DNA of 38,553 nt from Selaginella moellendorffii (GCF_000143415.4 NW_003314300.1:549720-588272), one strand, 5' to 3'. Counted from the stretch's first letter, positions 1-11,263 are shown. Numbers and translations: made by a program. The notes: generated from the sequence alone by a model not told the origin.

Positions 1-1576
1 GTTGGAGTTATTTGTGGCCATGTCACTATGACATGCCTGGCAGAAACGCAGCGTAGAACGCTTTCATCATCATGCCACACCGTGGCCTGCCGGGTCGTTG
101 TTAAGCACTCGCACACTTTCTCTTTACTGCTAATGTTACACACAGGTAAGCGCGAGTGACCAAGCGAGCACAAGCGAGCGAGCAAAGCAAAGCAAAGCAA
201 AGCAAGCAAACGTGAGTGGAAATCTCGCAGGAACTTGAATGGATTGCTGCAAGCTACCTAGGCCTGCATACGCTCTGCTTGCTTGTCGAGCGAGAGGAAC
301 AAAGTGATGTGAAATCCAGTCCAAGCTTCTGTCCATCCAGGGATTGCGAAGAGAGATATGGATAGCGTAGGACTTTTGGATCGATCAGTATGAACCCGCC
401 CGACTTGTATGGATAAGTTGTAACTTTTGGATTGATCAGTTTGACTATGAACTTATAATAAGATTCGGATAAGTGGAACTTGATCTTATCGTTTTTTCCC
501 TGTCTATAAGAAAAAGAAACCCCGATAGAAGTGTAAACAAGCAAGCGACAAAAGTTTCGCTTTGAAACTCTCGACTGTTTTCTCTTTTCTGCGTCTTGAT
601 GATCGACTTCATCGGTTCTTCTTTAAGCCCTAAACTCTTCAGGCGCCGACACCCAGGAAACCTATGAAATCCTGGGCGGGCTTGTTGCGATCTTCGTCGC
701 CGACGTCCTGGGAAGACTGCTCCACGCTGATGCACGAAATCGCACTGTTGGACGCGCTGAGTTGCTACTGGTGTTGATCGAGACGGTAGAGATGAGCCTG
801 GTGCTGGAATTGCTGCTGCGTCTTCTTCCACAGCTCGAGCTGGAGGTCACTGGCGAGATTGCCGCTGGGCGGCTGCGGCTTCTAATCGCATTGCTGCTGT
901 TCTTCACGGTAGCATTGTCTGTGGACGTGAAATCCGTGGTACTGCTCGTGGTGCCGCTCAAGGCGTCGCGTAAGTTGCTTTGCCCGCCACCATTTTGCTG
1001 GTTTCGATGATTTTGCTCATGGTGGTGGTGGCGGCCATAATACCCCTCCGCGAAGCTCGGAGCTGATCCTCCTGCCAGCAAAGTTCCTGACGGCATCACA
1101 CGATATATATCAGACCATGATGGCATTCTACCCTCCCCGGATTGAATCCCATCAAATTGCTCGCACGATGATGGAAACTATCCATCCACGCCGCCGCCGC
1201 CGCCGCCGCTGTTGCCGAGCTGCTTGTTGGGCGATCCTCCGCGTCCACCAGGCTCCGCTTGGACGGCAGCAGCACCGGCGTGGATCCCCTGTTTAGCAGC
1301 AAATTGTGGTGATCGAGCTGCTGCGATGGTGGCGCGGGATGATCGGATTTCACGGCGGTGGTCACGGTGTTCTTCCCGGTGGAGGCGGCGTTGGGCGATC
1401 GACCGTATGTCCGCGTCCGCTCGCGGTACTTCCTGGCCATGACGACGTGCCAGTGGTTCTTGACTGCATTGTCGGTTCTTCCCGGGAAGAGCCGCGCGAT
1501 CGTCGCCCACTTGTTGCCGTGGAATCTGTGCGCCCCCAGCAGCCGCTCCTCCTCCTCCTCCGGGAACGGCTGCCGG
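1..1576. repeat. Direct segmental duplicate of ~8173-9926 (MYB 3' half plus downstream region); continues off the left edge of the window
   Basis: Near-identical text, e.g. ttatttgtggccatgtcactatgacatgcctggcagaaacgcagcg at ~8 and ~8181, and gccgctcctcctcctcctcc at ~1542 and ~9891. The ORF track gives near-identical peptides (136..336 vs 8309..8509; 1212..1442 vs 9561..9791). Confidence 0.97.
639..1576 (-). pseudogene. Truncated R2R3-MYB pseudogene copy (R3 repeat and C-terminus only)
   Basis: Encodes [46 protein letters not shown] and ends FIGFLGVGA*. It lacks exon 1/R2, has a ~170 bp deletion removing the end of exon 2 and the intron-2 donor (near 1120), and a frameshifting deletion near 875. 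Confidence 0.9.
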
Positions 1577-2490
1577 CGTGGGAGAGCGTCGCTTGGAACA
1601 CGCTCATCGCTGGGTTGGGTCTGCGATCGCGGATCTCCGAGGCAAAGTCACTGTTTGATCGAATGCCCGCAACGAAGAACATCATCTCGTGGATGTCGAT
1701 GATCCAGGGATTCGTTGAGACAGGCAGCGTGGATGATGCTAAAGAGCTCTTCGATGTCATGCCTGGATGGGATCCAGCGTCTTGGAACTTGGTTCTCCAG
1801 GCGTATGCCCAGAATGGGCATACTGAGAGCGTCAAGAGCGTGTTCCAGGAGATGCCCGAGAAATCTCTCCTCGCCCACGTTTTCCCCATCGCGGCATTCG
1901 CGCAGGGAGGCCAGATCGCGGAGGCCAAGAGCGCGTTCGATCGGATGGTCCGGCTGGACATCACGGCCTGGAACACGATCATCGCTGCCTACTGCGGCGA
2001 TCACGATCTAGGCTTGAACAACGCGCGCAGAGGATTCGATCGGGCTCCCAAGCGCGACATCGTGTCGTGGAACACGACCATCAGTGGCTACGTCCAGCGC
2101 GAGAATCTGGAGGAGGCCAAGCTCCTGTTTGATGCCATGCCCGAGAAGAACAGAGTCTCTTGCAATGCGATGCTCGCTGGCTACTCCAATCGATGCCTCG
2201 CGGACGAGGCCGCGGATCTCTTCCACTCCATGACCCAGTCTGCGACCACGCAGCCGGATCGCCTGTCCCTCACGGCCGGATCGGCCGGCTGGGCGACGCG
2301 ATCGATCTGGCGATGAGCATGCCGTTCGTCCCGGACGAAGTGGAGCTCGCATCTTTACTCAGTGCTTGCGGTTTACATCGTGACGCCGACCAGGCCGCAC
2401 GGGCAGCCATGGATCTGGGGAGCGTATCCCCCACGCGATCCTCGCCGTACGTGCTCCTCTCCAATGCTTTTGTACAGAAGGTGGAGGCAT
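1577..2490 (+). pseudogene. 5'-truncated, frameshifted PLS-class PPR gene with E domain
   Basis: Tandem PPR motifs ([42 protein letters not shown]) in ORF 1306..2316. The E-domain text GRIGRLGDAIDLAMSMPFVPDEVELASLLSAC...SPYVLLSNAF is in another frame (ORF 2160..2654) after an apparent internal deletion near 2275. Confidence 0.88.
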
Positions 2491-3049
2491 CGCCGTTCTT
2501 GGCACGCTACACTCGAGTTCTCCATATACCCAAACTGGGCAGACTTCTATATCGAAAGGTTGCATGGCTGAGTCTTTGTGATATTCCATGCGCCATCTTG
2601 ATTGAAGCTGCCAACCTCTTGGAGAATGTGTATGAAGAATTATCTGTTCACTGACACATTTTTCTCATGTGAAGTGGGCAAAGTGTGCCTTCTTATTATT
2701 TTGATCCAAAACTTCTACCTGTGCATTCAATCTTGTGTGACATTTTTTGATACGTTCTAAAAGCCCATTATTCAAGTGATGGTCAGGATGCTTAAAATTC
2801 TGTGCGGCAAGCAGGTTTTACATGGAGAGCTTGGGTGGCTGCTAGCCTTCGCTCAGCCTTTCACTCGTCCGATTCCTGGGCTCTTACCTAAGGTGCCTTT
2901 CTGGTATATCTTCATCTGCTTTTCAAGTCCATCAATCACTCAAACTTGATTCAAAATGCAGGAAAAGCTGTACAGAAAAATGCGGCTTGGATCCTAGAAT
3001 GAATAAAGCACTGATCTGATCGCTTCTCCAGCATCGCCGAATCTTCTCC

Positions 3050-3140
3050 AACGAAGTGGAGCTCGCATCTTTGCTAAGTGCGCGTCCTGGGCCGGGCACC
3101 GTATCACGCGATCGTCAAATGCCTTCGTACAAGAGGTGAG
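3050..3140 (+). repeat. Degraded second copy of PPR E-domain DNA upstream of AGO1
   Basis: acgaagtggagctcgcatcttt also occurs at ~2335; cacgcgatc...aatgccttcgtacaagaggtg resembles 2432-2484. Confidence 0.7.
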
Positions 3141-3520
3141 ACAACGAGAGAAGGAACCTAAAGCAAACATGGCTTTCGGTGGACCTTCAACGTGGAAAGT
3201 AAATCACAAATGGGTATATTCAAGCTTGATGATTCCCACATTTTCTGTGGAATTCATAGCGCATCTTTGCTTGGGGTGATCTCAAGAGGTTCTTGCTTAA
3301 CTTGCGACGCGCCAGCGATCTTTCCCCTCCTCTGCTCCTCGTCCTGTCTTCGTGTCTCCATTCCGAGCCAGCGCCTCAGATTCCTAGCTCGCCCCGACTT
3401 GCATTCCGCTCAATCCCTCCATCAAAGCCCTCCCCTATCCACATCGCCAGGAGTTTTGTCTGAATTTCTTGCTGACCGCAGGTAACGCGAGAGCTTCCAC
3501 ATTCCGGGAGCTGATCGGCC

Positions 3521-6500
3521 ATGCCAAGGAGGAGAAAGACGCCCAGAGAGGATGAGAAAGGATCTCCTCCACCTTCGTCGAGCGGAGCTTCTCCACAGCC
3601 GCCGCCCCGTGCCGCCGCGAGCTCCAGCTCCACCACCGAAGCTTCACAAGGGGCTTTAGCCATGGCCAGGCATCCACAATACTCGCAGCATTACCAAGTA
3701 GGAGGAACTAGTGGTGGAAGGAGTGGAGGTCAGTATAGTCAATCAAGTAGTGGCCGTGGAGGAGGAGGAACGGGAGGATATCATGGGCAGCAGCAGCCGC
3801 GACAAGCTCCAGCAGTGAGCGCAGTGGTAGAGCAATTTTCTGGATTGGGTGTGGAAGTTCCAGTTCCTGCGCAACCAGCGCCACCGCAGCCGAGCGTCGT
3901 AGCTCCTCCAGCGTCTAGCAAGGCCTTGAGATTTCCGCTGAGGCCCGGACGCAGCCAAACGGGGGTTAAGTGCATTGTCAAGGCGAATCACTTCTTTGCA
4001 GAGCTACCAGATAAGGATCTACACCACTATGATGTAAGTTTCTTCTTGTCACGAGCTAGTGTTTGCATCCAATTGGCTTGTTTTGCTTGCGCAGGTGACG
4101 ATCACTCCCGAGGTGATATCGCGTGGTGTGAATCGAGCGGTCATGGAGCAGCTCGTTAAGTTTCACAGGGATTCGAGTTTGGGTCACAGGCTCCCAGTGT
4201 ATGATGGCCGGAAAAGCCTGTACACTGCTGGGCCTTTACCCTTCCATTATAAGGACTTTCAGGTAAGTCTGCCGGAGGAAGATGATGGATGTGGTACACC
4301 GAGGTGAGTGTAGCTTAGCTTTTCTTTTCTCGACTTTACAGCATACTGAAGAAAAGCATAAAATATCTTTCAGGAGAGATCGGCAGTTCAAGGTGGTCAT
4401 CAAGTTCGCTGCTCGTGCTGATCTGCATCATCTTGGCCAGTTTCTGGCCGGGAGGCAAGCAGATGCTCCTCAAGAGGCCTTGCAAGTGCTGGACATAGTG
4501 CTGCGAGAGCTTCCTACCCATAGGTTCGCTCCTCTTTTCTTTGGTATCGGGTTTTTATGTGTTTCTTTTGAGTTCTTCCAGGTATTCGCCTGTTGGACGA
4601 TCGTTTTATTCACCAGACTTAGGACGTACACAATCCCTCGGTGACGGCTTAGAAAGCTGGCGAGGGTTCTACCAGAGTATAAGGCCCACGCAAATGGGTC
4701 TTTCTCTGAATATTGGTAAGGATTATGAAATGTGATGGTATGCGTTCTGATCTTTTGTTGAAGACATGTCATTTACTGCTTTCATTGAGCCGCTGCGCGT
4801 GGTGGACTTTGTTGGCAAACTCCTTAACAAGGACGTAAGCAGGCCACTTTCGGACGCTGACCGCATCAAGGTAAGTCCCAGCTTGGTTTGCGAAGAGCGA
4901 TTTTAAGATAGATCTGATTTTCTGTGCCAGATCGAAAAAGCTCTGAGAGGGGTCAAAGTGGAAGTTACACATCGCGGAACCATGCGACGAAAATACAGGA
5001 TTTCTGGCTTAACTTCTCAGCCTACTCAAGAACTAATGTAAGTGTTTCTGATTGTTTGTGATGTGTCTTATTTTGTGTTTGCAGGTTTCCTGTTGATGAT
5101 AGAGGTACAATGAAATCGGTAATGGAGTATTTCCGAGATACATATCACTACACTATACGAAGCCCATCTTTACCTTGTTTACAAGTTGGAAATCAAGAAA
5201 GACCAAATTATCTGCCAATGGAGGTGTGCAGTTTTCGTAGGCATGCAACGAACTAAGTTCAGTTTTGGCTGGTTAACAGGTCTGCAAGATTGTGGAAGGA
5301 CAAAGGTATACTAAACGTCTCAACGAGCGTCAAGTGACAGCCCTTCTAAAAGTAACATGCCAACGGCCCAGGGAAAGAGAACTCGATATTTTGCAAGTAG
5401 GATAAGAATCTTTTCCCGTTTTTGTCTCTATTTTTATAACTGTTCTTATGTTTTGTGCTAGACTGTTTATCATAATGCATATAATCAAGACCCATACGCC
5501 CAGGAGTTTGGGATACGTATCAGTGACAGACTGGCTCTCGTGGAAGCTAGAATACTGCCTGCCCCACGGGTTTGTGTTTCTTCTCTTTTGTTGTCATACA
5601 ATGTTCTGAAAAAATGCGGGTTTGCAGCTGAAATATCATGAAACGGGTAGAGAAAAGGATTGCTTGCCTCAAGACGGGACCTGGCATATGATGAACAAGG
5701 TAAGCGTGCTTGGAAGAAAACTGTTCTTTTAAATTCATATGTCTCCAGAAAATGGTCGATGGAGGGACAGTGAACTACTGGGCATGCGTCAATTTCTCTC
5801 GTACTGTTCAAGATAATATAGCTCGGGGATTTTGTAACGACCTTGCTCAGATGTGTCTTATTTCCGGAATGGTACGGCTTTCAGAATGATCTTCAGTTTA
5901 CTAATCGTATATGACATGCAGGCGTTTGCTGCTGAACCTATCATTCCAGTTCATGCTGCACGCCCAGACCAGGTAGAACGTGCTCTGAAGTCGGTATATC
6001 GTGAAGTTCAAAGCAAGGTCAAAGGAAAGGAATTAGAGTTACTGATTGCCATATTACCTGACAACAATGGCTCACTTTATGGTAAGAGACTTGGTTTTTT
6101 ACAGATTTCCTGATAAGTTTTATTCCAGGCGACTTGAAACGAATTTGCGAAACAGACCTGGGATTGGTTTCTCAATGCTTCTTGACAAAGCACGTCTTTA
6201 AGAGAGGAAAGCAGTGTCTTGCTAATGTTGCGTTGAAAATCAATGCCAAGGTAGGGCGCTTCATGCGCGATGTTCGTGAATAAGCTCAACAAGTTTGTTG
6301 TAAGGTCGGAGGCAGAAACACTGTCTTGGTGGATGCACTATCTCGGAGGCTTCCTTTAGTAAGTGATACGCCAACAATTATATTTGGAGCGGATGTTACG
6401 CATCCTCATCCTGGAGAAGATTCGAGTCCCTCGATTGCAGCGGTAAGTGTACGATTTTTCTTTTCGTGTGTCTCTAAATAAGCTGCCTGTTACCGGTTGT

Positions 6501-7589
6501 CGCTTCTCAGGATTGGCCAGAAGTCACGAAATACGCAGGTCTAGTGTGCGCTCAAGCTCACAGACAAGAGTTGATCCAAGATTTGTATAAAACATGGGTT
6601 GATCCTCAGAAGGGAACCATGAATGGCGGTATGATAAGGTTAGTAGCGGTGAGTTTTTTGTTTTACTTATTGTGCTAACATACGCAAACTTTAGAGAGCT
6701 TTTAATTTCTTTCCGAAGTGCCTCTGGATACAAACCTGGAAGAATCATCTTCTACAGAGATGGTGTGAGCGAAGGACAGTTCTACCAAGTTCTCCTTCAC
6801 GAGCTGGATGCAATTAGAAAGGTATAGTATGGAAAGACTTGGCACATTGACTGATTCAGCTCTTCGTTTTGGACAGGCTTGCGCGTCACTCGAGCCGAAC
6901 TATCAGCCTCTCGTGACGTTCGTTGTGGTCCAGAAACGGCACCACACCCGGCTATTTGCTAACGATCACGACGATACAAGAACCACTGATAAGAGTGGAA
7001 ATATCCTGCCAGGTGCTGTTGCCGTTAATAAGTGGCGAATTTAGATAACTAATGAGAGACCGTTTTCCTTGACAGGCACTGTGGTGGATTCGAAGATTTG
7101 CCATCCAACGGAGTTTGACTTCTACCTTTGCAGCCATGGCGGCATTCAGGTAACTTGATGGAGCCCTGGCCTTTGTAGCTTTGCTCATACGACGAGACTA
7201 TGTTACAGGGAACAAGCAGACCAGCACACTATCACGTACTTTGGGACGAGAACAAGTTCACTGCCGATGGCTTGCAGTCCCTCACCAACAGCCTGTGCTA
7301 CACTTACGCTCGCTGCACACGCTCAGTCTCGATAGGTAAAGACCATAGCTCTTTCCCATAGGCTTTGACAACTAAAGCACAAAGCAATCGTCCTTTTCTT
7401 TCAGTACCACCTGCATACTACGCTCACCTGGCTGCGTTCCGCGCGAGATTCTACATGGAGCCGGACGCGTCCGAGGCTGGCTCCGTCCACCGGAACACTG
7501 CTCCCCGAGCTGGTAATTGCCAGGATGGCTCCATCCGGCCGCTGCCCGCGTTGAAGGACAAGGTTAAGAAGGTCATGTTCTACTGCTAG
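3521..7589 (+). CDS. AGO1: Argonaute, AGO1 clade (~996 aa, 20 exons: 3521-4033, 4095-4303, 4374-4523, 4582-4715, 4764-4870, 4931-5037, 5085-5223, 5280-5396, 5462-5569, 5628-5699, 5749-5871, 5922-6081, 6129-6250, 6305-6442, 6496-6638, 6695-6821, 6877-7012, 7076-7149, 7209-7335, 7405-7589)
   Basis: G/Q-rich N-terminus, FPLRPG...[24 protein letters not shown] ([10 protein letters not shown]), MID ([14 protein letters not shown]), PIWI with DEDH residues ([33 protein letters not shown]), C-terminal VMFYC*. Manual splicing keeps frame (2991 nt). Introns are 47-70 nt and GT-AG except intron 14. Confidence 0.96.
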
Positions 7590-7910
7590 TCAGTATGCTA
7601 CTACTACTCTTTTGCTTTTATCTCGCGTTTTTAATCTATCTGACTCCTGTTGCTTTCGCATACTTAGTGTCCCACTAAGGGGACCTCGGTGTCAAAGTCG
7701 CGCCTTGTTTTTACTCCTGGTGGTGTACTCCATTTCGGATTCTACACTTCCACTACTGCTTCCAGCGGCAGCCAGCCAGGTCCTCGAGCGCGCAGGCTCA
7801 ATGATGAAACCACCATGAAGCAGCAACAAACAAAGGAGGATCCTTGAAATCCAGCACCATAAATGCCGAGCCAGGGCGCTGCAAATTGCTAACAACAAAA
7901 CGCAGTCTGG

Positions 7911-7934
7911 AGCAGCAGCAGCAGCAGCAGCAGC
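7911..7934. repeat. (AGC)8 microsatellite between the convergent AGO1 and MYB genes
   Basis: Direct reading. Confidence 0.9.
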
Positions 7935-8805
7935 GGAGCGCGCAGCAGTCGAACAACAGAGGATTGTCTTCACTCTCCTGGCAAAACGGTACTGCTTTCT
8001 TTCGCTTCGTTTCCATCCATGCTCTTACCGTTGTGTCTTTGTTTATAGTTTTCTTTTGGTTCGTCTCGGCTTGGCTCTCTCTCTCTCGCTCGAGCACAGC
8101 AGGCTTTTAAACCAAAGAATCCTGGATGCGAATTTATGGTCCCTCGGGTATGACATGCTCTCTCACAATTGCGTTGGAAGTTATTTGTGGCCATGTCACT
8201 ATGACATGCCTGGCAGAAACGCAGCGTAGGCGTTTTCATCATCATGGCCACACTGTGGCCTGCCGGGTCGTTGTTAAGCACTCGCACACTTTCTCTTTAC
8301 TGCTAATGTTACACACAGGTAAGCGCGAGTGAGCAAGCGAGCACAAGCGAGCGAGCAAAGCAATGCAAAGCCCAGCAAGCAAACGTGAGTGGAAATCTCG
8401 CAGGAACTTGAATGGATTGCTGCAAGCTACCTAGGCCTGCATACGCTCTGCTTGCTTGTCGAGCGAGAGGAACAAAGTGATGTGAAATCCAGTCCAAGCT
8501 TCTGTCCATCCAGGGATTGAGAAGAGAGAGATGGATAGCGTAGGACTTTTGGATCGATCAGTTTGAACCCGCCCGACTTGTATGGATAAGTTGGAACTTT
8601 TGGATTGATCAGTTTGACTATGAACTTATAAGATCCTAGAGCCTTGGATAAGTGGAACTTGATCTTAGTAAGCTTACACTTCTATCGGGGTTTCTTTTTC
8701 TTATAGACAGGGAAAAAACGAAACAAGCAAGCGACAAAAGTTTCGCTTTGAAACTCTCGATTGTTTTCTCTTTTCTGCGATGGATCTTGTCTTGATGATC
8801 GACGA

Positions 8806-10968
8806 TCAGGCGCCGACACCCAGGAAATCTATGAAATCCTGGGCGGGCTTGTTGTGATCTTCGTCGCCGACGTCCTGGGAAGACTGCTCCACGCTGATGC
8901 ACGAAATCGCACCGTCGGACGCGCTGAGTTGCTGCTGCTGTTGATCGAGACGGTAGAGATGAGCCTGGTGCTGGAATTGCTGCTGCGTCTTCTTCCACAG
9001 CTCGAGCTGGAGGTCACTGGCGAGATTGCCGCTGGGCGGCTCGTTTGCATGGCCACGGCTTCTAATCGCATTGCTGCTGTTCTTCACGGTAGCATTGTCT
9101 GTGGACGTGAAATCCGTGGTACTGCTCGTGGTGCCGCTCAAGGCGTCGCGTAAGTTGCTTTGCCCGCCACCATTTTGCTGGCTTCGATGATTTTGCTCAT
9201 GGTGGTGGTGGCGGCCATAAAACCCCTCCGCGAAGCTCGGAGCTGATCCTCCTCCAAGAAACGGGGCCAGCAAAGTTCCTGACGGCATCACACGATATAT
9301 ATCAGAACATGATGTAGATCCAGACATTAGAGCATGCGATTTGGATGAGAGAATAAGAACACACACACTCGTGGATATGGAACTTCTAGAGGAGAGCTTA
9401 CCTGGTCTTAACGTATTGGGGCCACTGCTGCTGCTGGTCGTCGTCGTGCATGGAGCTTGATCCCTGCCCGGGAAGAAGGGGACCCTCCCCGGATTGAATC
9501 CCATCAAATTGCTCGCGCGATGATGGAGATTATCCATCCACGCCGCCGCCGCCGCCGCTGTTGCCGAGCTGCTTGTTGGGCGATCCTCCGCGTCCACCAG
9601 GCTCCGCTTGGACGGCAGCAGCACCGGCGTGGATCCCCTGTTTAGCAGCAAATTGTGGTGATCGAGCTGCTGCGATGGTGGCGCGGGATGATCGGATTTC
9701 ACGGCGGTGGTCACGGTGTTCTTCCTGGTGGAGGCGGCGTTGGGCGATCGACCGTATGTCCGCGTCCGCTCGCGGTACTTCCTGGCCATGACGACGTGCC
9801 AGTGGTTCTTGACTGCATTGTCGGTTCTTCCCGGGAAGAGCCGCGCGATCATCGCCCACTTGTTGCCGTGGAATCTGTGCGCCGCCAGCAGCCGCTCCTC
9901 CTCCTCCTCCGTGAACGGCTGACGGTTGATCCGCGGGTCGAGCTGATTGAACCACCGCAGCCTGCAGCTCTTGCCTGGAAAGAAAAATCGCGATGATCGT
10001 GTGAGACGACGATGGTCATCGGGGATATCGATCGCGATAAAACTCCAGGGGATCAGATGAGACAAGGAGAGAAAGAAAAGAGATTGGAAGAAAAGGAATG
10101 ATCTTTCCGGCGATTGCGAGCGAGCAAAACAATGCGCCGGGAAAAGAGCGATTTTGGGGACATGGGCAGCTTTACCGCGTCCCAAAATCCGTGGCGGGCG
10201 GATCAAGCGCGCCGGGGGGAAAGAGACACCCAAGAACAAACAAGCCAAGCCATGCCAAACAAGAAAACCCAAGAACCTGGGAAAGAACGAAGGAAGGACG
10301 AGGATTACTATCCTACTCGCTCGCTAGATCTCTCTCTCTCTCTCTCCCTCTCTCTCTCCATTTTTTATGTCTAGACTCTTTCAATTTCCTCGTCTTTTAC
10401 CTGATCGCCCCTGGAGCTTCTCCGCGATCATGTTCCAGTTCTGTGGGCCGTGGAGCGCGACGAGCTCCTTGAGCTTGTCGTCCTCGCCCGGCCGCCAATG
10501 CCCACGCGGGCAATGCTTGGATTGCGCGCCGCCGCCGCCACTGAGATCGCTCTTCCCGGCTGCGGCGCCACCGCTGCCGCCATTGTCGATCTCCAGGAGA
10601 TTCGCACTGCTGCTGCTGGGCGACGACGAGGCGCCCGCCGCCCCATCGTTCTCGTTGGTCGACTCCTTCATCTCATCGTCGTCATCCTCCTCCTCCGCGA
10701 GCTCCCTCGATCCATTCCCACTCCCACCATCGCCGCGATCACGATCTAGGACTACCTCCTCGTCTAGCCGTCCTAAAACCACTCGTCGGCGATCATCCTC
10801 CTCCTCCATTCCCTCGTCTCCAATTCTTCTTCCGCCATGCCCCCCTGTGGATCGAGGAGAGCTCATCCCGGGAAAGAGTGGAATCTTCCCAAAGCCCAGC
10901 AGCGCCGCGGATGGTTTTCCCTTGCCGAATCCTCCCCCAAGCGACAAAAAATCGTCGCCATCGCTCAT
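8806..10968 (-). CDS. R2R3-MYB transcription factor, subgroup 21 (MYB105/MYB117-LOF, MYB52/54/56-like); ~537 aa; exons 10968-10401, 9974-9402, 9278-8806
   Basis: R2 ([36 protein letters not shown]|[13 protein letters not shown]), R3 ([39 protein letters not shown]), and the C-terminal FIDFLGVG motif typical of subgroup 21. GT-AG intron 10400-9975. The second intron (9401-9279) is less certain because it is in frame. Confidence 0.93.
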
Positions 10969-11151
10969 CTCTCCTCTCTCGTCCTCCTCTCGCCTCTCAA
11001 AAAATCACCACCCAAGAAATCACCACCCAGGAGATTTTGTAGCACACAAACTCTTTTGCTCGCCCGCGGAGAAGAAGAAAAACAAATTAATTCTTTTCAT
11101 GAAAGAAAATCCACTGCACAAAATTGATTTTTTCGAAAAAGAAAATGCAAC

Positions 11152-11263
11152 TTTTATACGTCTAAACTAAACACGCGGTTTATCATAAAGCAACCTGGGT
11201 TTTTACGATATAATCCAACCACCTTTAACATTTTAACCAACCGGCCAAACCCCCCAACCTACC
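11152..11263 (-). promoter_or_regulatory. MYB proximal promoter: TATA box (minus-strand TATAAAA, 11158-11152) and AC elements ACCAACC (11236-11242) and ACCTACC (11257-11263)
   Basis: Motif matches ~190-300 bp upstream of the ATG at 10968. Confidence 0.5.

Noticed and set aside
3391-3411. Partial resemblance to a miR168 site in the AGO1 leader (gccccgacttgcattccgctc)
   Set aside because: Mismatches opposite miRNA positions 1-2 and 5-6 plus several G:U pairs; wrong location; likely chance.
7692-7973. Minus-strand ORF with poly-Ala and a hydrophobic stretch
   Set aside because: Non-ATG start, driven by the (AGC)8 microsatellite; no ATG placed before the hydrophobic segment.
8522-8542. GGATAGCG resemblance to miR390 / a TAS3 locus
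   Set aside because: Only the 3' half matches, and I saw no tasiARF sequence or paired sites.
9975-10272. N-terminal part of the 488-aa ORF 8806..10272
   Set aside because: It is MYB intron 1 read through; R2 is encoded by the upstream exon 10968-10401.
10367-11170. 267-aa + strand ORF and other long ORFs overlapping the MYB, PPR, AGO1 and UGT genes
   Set aside because: Antisense or alternate-frame shadows of GC-rich coding DNA; low complexity, no recognisable domain.
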